Part shown: positions 1 to 7,374 of the stretch, in pieces | Layout: every line of letters begins with the position of its first letter | Numbering within the stretch: position 1 is the stretch's first letter | Source: Clostridia bacterium | Lineage (GTDB): Bacteria; CBDUZB01; JAGLHV01 | DNA: 44,279 bases | Assembly: GCA_030637025.1 (NCBI GenBank) | Contig: DAOVVV010000023.1 | Span: 1 to 44,279 of the forward strand | Reading direction: 5' to 3' | Program-made: the position numbers and the translations under genes | Notes under the pieces: model-generated | The model's database searches: none | What the model was told of the DNA's origin: nothing | Seen by the model: only the letters and a program-made list of their open reading frames with translations

Positions 1-237
1 TCGTCTCGGAATCAATTCGACTACAGAGTTTTTGTCAGCTTAGCTGACGAGGAACTGAAACACAGGCCCTTCGACTCCCTTCAGTCGTCTCGGAATCAAT
101 TCGACTACAGAGTTTTTGTCAGCTTAGCTGACGAGGAACCGAAACACAGGCCCTTCGACTCCCTTCAGTCGTCTCGGAATCAATTCGACTACAGAGTTTT
201 TGTCATCACAGCTGAAAAAACTCTAAGTCTCATTGAA
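1..237. repeat. 84-bp tandem repeat array (two full units plus a terminal variant; runs off the window start), hairpin-forming
   Basis: Unit TCGTCTCGGAATCAATTCGACTACAGAGTTTTTGTCAGCTTAGCTGACGAGGAAC(T/C)GAAACACAGGCCCTTCGACTCCCTTCAG starts at 1, 85 and 169. The two full copies differ at one base. The third diverges after TTTTTGTCA into a complementary arm (TGAAAAAACTCTAAGTCTCATTGA). Confidence 0.95.
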
Positions 238-288
238 ATTAAAAATTTAAAATCTTTTATTTACAAAACAAATCAAAATAATTATCTA

Positions 289-1212
289 TTAATGAACATT
301 CTTTCTTTTTCGATTATCAAACCCGGGTTTTCTTTTCCATCTTTTATGCATCCAAACCCATTGCTGCGGATACAATCTTATCCATGATTCTATGATTTTA
401 GTTAGTTTTTGAGTGTTCTCTCTGATTTCCTCTTCTTTTTTTTCTTTTTTGATTAACTCAACAGGACGGCTGACCTTCAGACAGTGACCTTTTCCCTTTC
501 TTACAATAAACCCCGGTATAACTACTACATTTTCTCTAGAAGCAAACACCGCCGTACCTATTGGGGTATAAGCCGGACGGCCAAAAAAATCAACAAATAC
601 CCCTTGTACCCTGCTTGTATCCTGGTCAATAAGCATCCCTATAATTTCTTTTCTTTTTAAACTCTGTAAAATTTTCTTAGGAGACACATCCCGTAAAATG
701 GTTTTTGTACCTTTAGATCTCCTTAAGTCCAGTAATGCTTTATTAAATCTTTCATCATCAACCCTCCGGGCAACAACATTTAAAAGATAACCTTTACAGG
801 AAATATATGCCGCCATTAGTTCCCAATTGCCCAAATGGCCGGTAAAATATATTACTTGCTTTCCTTCTTTTAAGGCCCTGTCAATATATTCTAATCCTTC
901 TGCCTGCACTAAATTTATAATATCATCCTTAGTTAATTTAGGAAAAAACAACAATTCACAAAAATTTTTACCGTGATTGATAAAAACTTCCTTACCTATT
1001 TCTTTGATTTCTTCACGGCTTTTATCCGGAAAACTTTTTCCTAAATTATCCAGAGTAGTTTTCCTTTCTTTAAACAGAAGGTAATAAGCTATTTGCCCAA
1101 GGCATCCCCCAAACCATACAGCTATCCGAAAGGGTAAAAAACAAACCACAAATTGAAAACATTTAAATAACTTATAACCTATCCAATACCTAAGTAATTT
1201 ACGCCGCTTCAT
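289..1212 (-). CDS. lpxL: lipid A lauroyl/late acyltransferase (LpxL/HtrB family)
   Basis: HLGNWE catalytic motif, IDQD, FVDFFG, PQQWVWMHKRWK C-terminal motif; downstream of kds genes. Confidence 0.85.
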   Translation of the reverse strand: MKRRKLLRYWIGYKLFKCFQFVVCFLPFRIAVWFGGCLGQIAYYLLFKERKTTLDNLGKSFPDKSREEIKEIGKEVFINHGKNFCELLFFPKLTKDDIINLVQAEGLEYIDRALKEGKQVIYFTGHLGNWELMAAYISCKGYLLNVVARRVDDERFNKALLDLRRSKGTKTILRDVSPKKILQSLKRKEIIGMLIDQDTSRVQGVFVDFFGRPAYTPIGTAVFASRENVVVIPGFIVRKGKGHCLKVSRPVELIKKEKKEEEIRENTQKLTKIIESWIRLYPQQWVWMHKRWKRKPGFDNRKRKNVH

Positions 1213-1265
1213 TACTAAACCTCAAAACCATTAGTTCCTGTGTTAATTAAGACAACTCAAACTAT

Positions 1266-1916
1266 TCAACCCTTTTTAACTCCTGCATCTTTCAAAAAAT
1301 TTTCAACCCCTTTATCAGTAAGAGGGTGTTTAAACATTTGTTCAATAACCTTAGCCGGTATTGTAACAATGTGTGCTCCCATTAAGGCAGCTTCTATTAC
1401 ATGCAAGGGACTACGAATACTGGCAACAATAATTTCGGTCTTAATGTTTTCACTGTAAATTGAAAAAATATTAGCTATTTGACTTACAATTTCCATTCCC
1501 GGTTGACTAAGATCGTCTAACCTTCCGACAAAAGGACAAACATAAGTAGCACCTGCTTTTGCTGCCAATAAAGCCTGTGCGGCAGTAAATATCAGGGTAA
1601 CATTCGTTTTTATCCCTTCTTTAGACAAAATATTTACTGCTTTAAGCCCCTCTTTGGTCATGGGGATTTTTATAACAATATTGTCCCTCCACGGAATAAT
1701 CTCTTCAGCTTCTTTAACAATCCCATCACAATCAAGACTTACTACCTCGGCATTTACCGGCCCTTCAACTTCAGCAGAAATAGTTCTAATAATATCTTTA
1801 AAACTTCCCTTTTCCTTAGCAATTAAAGTAGGATTAGTGGTTACCCCATCTACCAATCCTAAGCTTTGAAAACTTTTTATTTCTTCAATGTTTGCCGAAT
1901 CAACAAATATCTTCAT
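1266..1916 (-). CDS. tal: transaldolase (TalC/MipB/FSA-like small family)
   Basis: GVTTNPTL, Schiff-base Lys in VIKIP (K83), PFVGRLDD. E57 and F129 match the transaldolase pattern rather than the FSA (Gln/Tyr) pattern. Confidence 0.9.
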   Translation of the reverse strand: MKIFVDSANIEEIKSFQSLGLVDGVTTNPTLIAKEKGSFKDIIRTISAEVEGPVNAEVVSLDCDGIVKEAEEIIPWRDNIVIKIPMTKEGLKAVNILSKEGIKTNVTLIFTAAQALLAAKAGATYVCPFVGRLDDLSQPGMEIVSQIANIFSIYSENIKTEIIVASIRSPLHVIEAALMGAHIVTIPAKVIEQMFKHPLTDKGVENFLKDAGVKKG

Positions 1917-1935
1917 TATTCTATGACTCCTTTAT

Positions 1936-2469
1936 TTATATATTACAATAACTATCTAAAATTTTTTTCTTATCACCCCGGGAATCTAAAAGCCAGTCAA
2001 TTATCTCTCTAACTCCGCCGTCACCTCCCTTTTTAGTTGCTACATAATCAACTATTTCTTTCACTTCCTTAACCCCATTAACTACACTACAGGATATCCC
2101 CACTCTTTTTAAAACCGGTATATCCTGTAAATCATCACCTATATACATTACTTCTTCATTTTTTAAATTTCTTTTTTTTATGATTTCTTCATACGCTATT
2201 ATCTTTATCGGATTGTCCTGATATATTTCATCAAATCCTAATTCTTCTGCCCGCCTTTGAACTGCCTGGGACTTTCTACCGGTAATTATACCCAATAATA
2301 TTCCGCTTTTTTTGGCCATACTAATACCCATTCCATCGTGAACATTAAACTTCTTTATTTCCAAAGAATCATTGCCGTAAATAATTTCTCCGCTGGTTAA
2401 AACACCATCCACATCAAGAATAAGCATTTTTATTTTTCCGGCTCGTTTTATGAATTCACTTTCCCCCAC
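1936..2469 (-). CDS. kdsC: KDO 8-phosphate phosphatase (HAD, YrbI family)
   Basis: DVDGVLT HAD motif, FNVHDGMG, IITGR, YIGDDLQD, GGDGGVRE; overlaps the kdsA end. Confidence 0.92.
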   Translation of the reverse strand: MGESEFIKRAGKIKMLILDVDGVLTSGEIIYGNDSLEIKKFNVHDGMGISMAKKSGILLGIITGRKSQAVQRRAEELGFDEIYQDNPIKIIAYEEIIKKRNLKNEEVMYIGDDLQDIPVLKRVGISCSVVNGVKEVKEIVDYVATKKGGDGGVREIIDWLLDSRGDKKKILDSYCNI

Positions 2470-3289
2470 TTTTTTTTAATGCCTCCCGTATAGCAAGTAT
2501 TTGTTTAAGCAATTCCGGCAACAAATCCATAGGCAACATACTTGCTGCATCACATTTAGCAATGTCCGGTTGTGGATGAGTTTCAATAAAAACAGCATCA
2601 CATCCGGCTGCTACAGCTGCCCGGGTTAAATGCGGAATAAATTGAGGCAAACCACCCCGGGAATCACTACTGGAAATACCATAAATTCTAATTATATGCG
2701 TAGAATCAAAAACCACCGGATAACCAAGATTCTGCATAATAGGGATAGAACACATATCGGAAATAAGACGATTATAACCGAAACAAGATCCTCTTTCGGT
2801 AAGAAGAATTTGCTTATTCCCCACACTCTCAATCTTTTTTACCGGACTAATCATGTTTTCCGGAGCAAGAAATTGTCCCTTTTTAACATTCACTGGCTTT
2901 TGGGTTTCTGCCACTTTTAGGACCAAACTTGTCTGTTGGCAAAGATAGGCAGGTATTTGAATAATATCCAGAACTTCAGCAGCTAAATCTACATCTTCCC
3001 GGCGATGAACATCGGATAAAACAGGAATATTATATTTTTCTTTTATTTTAAGTAAAATCTCTAAGCCTTTTTTTAAACCAGGGCCTTTATACGACTTTTC
3101 CGAACCACGATTATCTTTTTCATAAGAAGCTTTAAAAATAAAAGGCATTCCATATTCATCAGATAAATCAACCAAAGATTGTGCAATTTCAAAAACAATT
3201 GATTCCTCTTCCATTACACAAGGACCGGCAATCAATACAAGAGGATTATCTCCCCCAATTTTAATGTTATTTATTTTTACTTCTTGCAT
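2456..3289 (-). CDS. kdsA: KDO8P synthase (metal-dependent type, divergent substrate loop)
   Basis: LIAGPC, IIQIPAYLCQQT, NVKKGQFLAP, ERGSCFGY, DSTH, FIETHP, CDAA; the KANRS loop reads KDNRG. Confidence 0.9.
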   Translation of the reverse strand: MQEVKINNIKIGGDNPLVLIAGPCVMEEESIVFEIAQSLVDLSDEYGMPFIFKASYEKDNRGSEKSYKGPGLKKGLEILLKIKEKYNIPVLSDVHRREDVDLAAEVLDIIQIPAYLCQQTSLVLKVAETQKPVNVKKGQFLAPENMISPVKKIESVGNKQILLTERGSCFGYNRLISDMCSIPIMQNLGYPVVFDSTHIIRIYGISSSDSRGGLPQFIPHLTRAAVAAGCDAVFIETHPQPDIAKCDAASMLPMDLLPELLKQILAIREALKKSGGK

Positions 3290-3324
3290 AAAACAACCCT
3301 CAAAATATCTATATAATAGGTTGT

Positions 3325-3353
3325 ATTATATCAACCTTTATCCCCTTTGTCAA
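3325..3353 (-). promoter_or_regulatory. consensus sigma70 promoter of the kdsA operon
   Basis: TTGACA (3353-3348), 17 nt, TATAAT (3330-3325), 35 nt upstream of the kdsA start. Confidence 0.85.
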
Positions 3354-3408
3354 TATATTAAATCAGGGAAATAACCGGCTATTATTTTGAAATTATTTTT
3401 TTTTATTT

Positions 3409-4152
3409 TTAGCTATCCAGATTGTTTAATATTCGCAATATAAAAATAGTAATCAATACTACACATCCTGTTTGAAAAAACTGAACAGGAATTCCTATAC
3501 TAGCTAAAAACACAGATTGGTTAATTAAGGAAGCAGGAAAATATTGTATTCTGGGAACAAATAAACCGGTAAGAAAGCCATAAAGCAAAAAATATATTGC
3601 CAGATTAATTAGATTTACAGTACAATGCTTTTTAAATTTAGAAATTTGAAAAAAAACAGCACAAGCACTTAATAATGCTGCAGGAAAACAAATAAAATAA
3701 CTACTATAGACTTTACAATAAATCCACCAATTTCTACTATTGAAAATATTAAATTCCAGAAAAATAAAAGGTAAAATACAAAAAACAAATAAAACTAACA
3801 GTATTATAGCTTTTAGAAGCTTTTTCTTGTTAATAAATATTAAAATATTTATTCCGAACCCAAAAAGACAAAGAAAAGAAACTATACTTAGCTGTAAATT
3901 AATTAGTTTTAAAGCATATAGTATTTTAATTGACCAAAAAGGTTCTTTAATAAAAATTAAAAAATGAATCCAATAAGCAATTCCCTGTAAAATACCAAAT
4001 GCAGCTAACCACCACAAATTGCTGATTATTACTATTTTACTGTTTTTTCTCCCCCGGAAAAAAAACACTAGACCCGAAATAAAAAAAACCAAACCATAAA
4101 CAACAAGAGTGACTGATATATTATTTAAAAAAAAAATTGTTATTGGACTCAT
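3409..4152 (-). CDS. polytopic membrane protein resembling a stand-alone membrane sensor domain
   Basis: About 6-7 hydrophobic segments. YGLVFF..G, WWLAAFGILQG, FFPA-like YFPA and GIPVQFF resemble the N-terminal membrane module of some histidine kinases/diguanylate cyclases. No cytoplasmic output domain. Confidence 0.6.
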   Translation of the reverse strand: MSPITIFFLNNISVTLVVYGLVFFISGLVFFFRGRKNSKIVIISNLWWLAAFGILQGIAYWIHFLIFIKEPFWSIKILYALKLINLQLSIVSFLCLFGFGINILIFINKKKLLKAIILLVLFVFCILPFIFLEFNIFNSRNWWIYCKVYSSYFICFPAALLSACAVFFQISKFKKHCTVNLINLAIYFLLYGFLTGLFVPRIQYFPASLINQSVFLASIGIPVQFFQTGCVVLITIFILRILNNLDS

Positions 4153-4177
4153 TGTTTCTTTATCTATTGAATAATAA

Positions 4178-5137
4178 CTATCGTTTATTTTTTTCTATAT
4201 AAATGTTCCTGCCTAATGTTTTATGATAAGAAGTCCAATTATTATTTTCATTTGAATCTGAATTCATTAATTGTTGAATAGTATTCATTTTAGCATCCAA
4301 ATCATCAACATAATGAAGAATAACAGCTTCAAGAGTTTGAGGTAATTTAGGAGAACCCCATTCATATTGTCCGTGATGAGAAATAATTAAATGCTCGATT
4401 AACATTTGTAAGTCAGCAGGGAAACCGGAAATCGTATTAATTTTTTCCTGAACTATTTTAAAACCAAGCAATATATGCCCTAATAATTTTCCTGCATCCG
4501 TATAATCAACAGCGGGAAGTACTGAAAGTTCATCTATTTTACCAATATCGTGCAAAAGAGCCCCGGTAATAAGTAAATCAAAGTTAATTCCGGAAAAATG
4601 CGTTTTAGCTAAAAAAGAACAAATTTTTGCTACAGAAAGGGTATGTTCCAGAAGTCCGCCAATATAAACATGGTGAATTTGTTTAGCTGCCGGAGATTGA
4701 CAAAACTTTTCCTCAAATTCTTTATCCTCGAAAAATTTATCAAGCAATTGCAAAAAATAAGGATTTTTCACTTCTTTCGAAATCATTCGCAATTCCTGAA
4801 ACATTTTACTTATATCGTTTTGCGTAGAAAAAATAAAATCAGATACATCCAATTCCTTTAATTCTATCTTTTTAATTTTTTTTACATTTAGTTGAAGCTG
4901 TTCCTGATAGGACTGCACAAGAGCTTCAATTTTAACAAAATCATTTTTAGAAAAATCTATTTTTTCTTTATCTTCTTCCCATATCTTTCCATCTATTAAA
5001 CCTGTTTTATCCTGGAAAACCAAAGAAATATACGGTTTGCCTCTTTTAGTAGTTAATTTTTTTTTAGAACTAACTAAAAAACAATCTATAATAGATTGAC
5101 CTTCTTTAATATCTTTTATAAAAATTTTTTTTTGCAT
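4178..5137 (-). CDS. OB-fold plus HD-domain 3'-5' exoribonuclease, YhaM/CBF1 family
   Basis: N-terminal OB fold (GKPYISL..QDKTG), PAA..HH...GGLLEHT, LLHDIGK, GHI, SHHG, DDLDAK. Confidence 0.88.
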   Translation of the reverse strand: MQKKIFIKDIKEGQSIIDCFLVSSKKKLTTKRGKPYISLVFQDKTGLIDGKIWEEDKEKIDFSKNDFVKIEALVQSYQEQLQLNVKKIKKIELKELDVSDFIFSTQNDISKMFQELRMISKEVKNPYFLQLLDKFFEDKEFEEKFCQSPAAKQIHHVYIGGLLEHTLSVAKICSFLAKTHFSGINFDLLITGALLHDIGKIDELSVLPAVDYTDAGKLLGHILLGFKIVQEKINTISGFPADLQMLIEHLIISHHGQYEWGSPKLPQTLEAVILHYVDDLDAKMNTIQQLMNSDSNENNNWTSYHKTLGRNIYIEKNKR

Positions 5138-5165
5138 TTCTTTTCCTTTTTCTTTTCTCTATTTA

Positions 5166-6014
5166 TTAGTTTTGATCAAACCCAACTAAAAACTGATAAA
5201 CACATTGAGCAATATCCTCACTATAACCACCCTCTAACACAGCAAAAGAAGGCTTCTTCATTAGGGATATTTTCTTTCCAATTTCTTTATAAGTATTTAT
5301 ATCCAAAGATAATCCGGTCAGGCAATCTTTTCTATAAGCATCAAAACCAGCAGAAACAGCAATCAAATCCGGATTAAAATCTCTAATTTTTTTTACTGCT
5401 TCTTCCATGATTCTAAGATAGTCTTTTTCTCCCGTACCGGCCAATAAAGGAAAATTTAAGCAATTTTCCCTGGAAACCAATCCTGTTCCCGGATAAATAT
5501 ATTGTTGATGTAGGGAAACATATAAAATCCCTTCATTTCCCAAAAAAATATCTTCTGTTCCATTTCCATGATGGCCGTCTATATCAATTATTGCTATTTT
5601 TTTTATTCTACTCTTAATTTTTTTTACTGCTATGGCTATATTATTAAAATAACAAAATCCCCCCAATCTTGTTTTATCGACATGGTGTCCGGGAGGCCTT
5701 ACTAAAGCAAAAGCCCTTCCTTCTTTTATAGCCAGCTCAGCAGCTTTAATTGCCCCACCGGCAGCAAGTCGGGCATACTTATATATTCCATCAACACACG
5801 GTGTATCCGGGTCAAAAAAATCTGCTTTTTTTACCATTTGTAATAATTTATTATTATGAACTAAAAGAATATCTTCCCGGGAACATAATTGAGGATGAAT
5901 AAATCCAAAAGAATGTTTTTTTAAAAGTAAATAGACATTTTTTACTCTTTGGGCAGATTCAGGATGACTCAAAAATTCATAATTTAAACATTCCTTAGAA
6001 AAAATTATTTTCAT
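5166..6014 (-). CDS. Zn-dependent histone-deacetylase-family protein (AcuC/APAH-like)
   Basis: HPE, RPPGHH, GFCYFNN, DIDGHHGNGT, SLHQ..YPGTG, SAGFD, LEGGY all intact. Confidence 0.93.
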   Translation of the reverse strand: MKIIFSKECLNYEFLSHPESAQRVKNVYLLLKKHSFGFIHPQLCSREDILLVHNNKLLQMVKKADFFDPDTPCVDGIYKYARLAAGGAIKAAELAIKEGRAFALVRPPGHHVDKTRLGGFCYFNNIAIAVKKIKSRIKKIAIIDIDGHHGNGTEDIFLGNEGILYVSLHQQYIYPGTGLVSRENCLNFPLLAGTGEKDYLRIMEEAVKKIRDFNPDLIAVSAGFDAYRKDCLTGLSLDINTYKEIGKKISLMKKPSFAVLEGGYSEDIAQCVYQFLVGFDQN

Positions 6015-6098
6015 TTTCTAATAATTTTTTAACCAATTTAAAATAAACAAAAAAATCAATACGGTCAAAAAAGATATTTATCATATAGAAAAGCATAG

Positions 6099-6494
6099 TT
6101 ATAAAGCAAGACTTTCTATTAACATTATTCTATCTTTTTCATTAATAGAAATAAATTTTACTCCCAACCCATAATCGCCTTTTTCCTTTTTATCTCTGGT
6201 AATCCAAACCACCTTTCCTTTTGCTTTTATAGGATGAGAACTGATGGAAAGAAATATTTCTATAGCTAAACAACTCTCTTGTTGAATTAAATGAGCTAAT
6301 ACATTATCCGGCAAATGAACTGCATTAATCAAAATTCCATCACCACTGAGATTAATTGTTGCAGATTTATATCTTTTTGTATGTTTTCCTATTTTATCAC
6401 AAATTTTAAACTCTACCAAAACATTTAAATGAGCCCTCTTCCCTTTTCTTCTTTCCACCGCCCAAGAATCATTAGATGTTATTTTCTTTCCCAT
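6099..6494 (-). CDS. stand-alone PilZ-domain protein (c-di-GMP receptor)
   Basis: RxxxR (ERRKGKR) and NxSxxG (NLSGDG) motifs, GKVVW, GLGVKF. Confidence 0.85.
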   Translation of the reverse strand: MGKKITSNDSWAVERRKGKRAHLNVLVEFKICDKIGKHTKRYKSATINLSGDGILINAVHLPDNVLAHLIQQESCLAIEIFLSISSHPIKAKGKVVWITRDKKEKGDYGLGVKFISINEKDRIMLIESLAL

Positions 6495-6557
6495 TTTTTT
6501 CCCCTTAACTTAAAAAAAATATTACTAAGATTACTACTTGTTTTCACTCATACTAAA

Positions 6558-6587
6558 ATTTTACAATATTATTCTTTACTCTGTCAA
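6558..6587 (-). promoter_or_regulatory. sigma70-type promoter upstream of the PilZ gene
   Basis: TTGACA (6587-6582), 18 nt, TAAAAT (6563-6558). Confidence 0.6.
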
Positions 6588-6633
6588 TTATTTTCTATAA
6601 AGTTATTATACAATTAATGGGATCAATCTTCGA

Positions 6634-6657
6634 TACCCCGTAGCAAGCTGCAGGGTA
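6634..6657. repeat. short GC-rich palindrome (REP-like family B, copy 1); may double as terminator
   Basis: TACCCCGTAGCAAGCTGCAGGGTA; its reverse complement resembles 30603-30626; 6 nt past the cupin stop. Confidence 0.6.
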
Positions 6658-6663
6658 GTTGAT

Positions 6664-6933
6664 TTACCCGAATTTATAAACTTTTCTTATTTTTTCAATA
6701 ACATTCCACGTACATCTAAGCCCTTTGGGAAATAAAACCAAATCACCTTTATTAATTTCAATTTCTTCCGTAAAAGTCTTCACCTTTACCTTGCCTTCTA
6801 ATATATAACAAGTTTCATCGTCGCTATATTCCCAATCAAAAGTACTGGGGTCACATTCCCATAAACTCCATTCATTTACTCGGAGCATCTCCAATTTTTC
6901 CTTAGCCGGTTTTTCTACTTTAATCTGAACCAT
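6664..6933 (-). CDS. small cupin (Cupin_3/DUF861-like)
   Basis: WECDPSTFDWEY..DETCYILEG, GDLVLFPKG..CTW; AGGAGG RBS. Confidence 0.88.
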   Translation of the reverse strand: MVQIKVEKPAKEKLEMLRVNEWSLWECDPSTFDWEYSDDETCYILEGKVKVKTFTEEIEINKGDLVLFPKGLRCTWNVIEKIRKVYKFG

Positions 6934-7100
6934 TCTGCCTCCTATTTAAATAAAGGATTGTTAAGAACCCCAGGTAGACATTGTTAAACATAACAAATTT
7001 TGATGTTGAGTATTTCTATCTATTAAATCTACTATTTTCATTCTATTTTTGATATTACTTTAAATAATATCTTAGCCGTCAAATACAAATTAATAAGCAT

Positions 7101-7253
7101 TTATTTAAGCTGCAATATTACATAAAAAATTATTGTAGTAAAAATTAAAAAAGTAAAGGTAAAAACAACAGTTAAAATTTTTTTTATTATATAAATTAAA
7201 AGGCACAGAGCAACAATTGCTATACAAATTAAGATTATTAAGTTTAAATTCAT
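7101..7253 (-). CDS. unannotated 50-aa two-helix membrane protein
   Basis: MNLNLIILICIAIVALCLLIYIIKKILTVVFTFTFLIFTTIIFYVILQLK translated by hand; AAGGAA RBS upstream; missing from the ORF track. Confidence 0.55.
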   Translation of the reverse strand: MNLNLIILICIAIVALCLLIYIIKKILTVVFTFTFLIFTTIIFYVILQLK

Positions 7254-7286
7254 TATCAGTTCCTTAATTTATTTCTCAAATACATG

Positions 7287-7359
7287 TGCCCCTAGCAGGA
7301 TTCGAACCTGCGCTCCTGGCTTCGGAGGCCAGTACTCTATCCAACTGAGCTATAGGGGC
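7287..7359 (-). tRNA. tRNA-Arg(CCG)
   Basis: Acceptor stem GCCCCTA/TAGGGGC, D arm GCTC-AGTTGGATA-GAGT, anticodon arm CTGGC-CTCCGAA-GCCAG, T arm GCAGG-TTCGAAT-CCTGC; CCA not encoded. Confidence 0.97.
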
Positions 7360-7374
7360 TAACAACTTCAAATT

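Noticed and set aside
1-237. CRISPR array
   Set aside because: Units repeat over their full 84 bp with no unique spacers, and no cas genes are in the window.
1266-1916. Fructose-6-phosphate aldolase (fsa) call
   Set aside because: Glu57 and Phe129 match transaldolase rather than the Gln/Tyr pair of FSA.
6961-7041. 26-aa minus-strand ORF MKIVDLIDRNTQHQNLLCLTMSTWGS
   Set aside because: No clear RBS, too short to assign; could be chance or a gene remnant.
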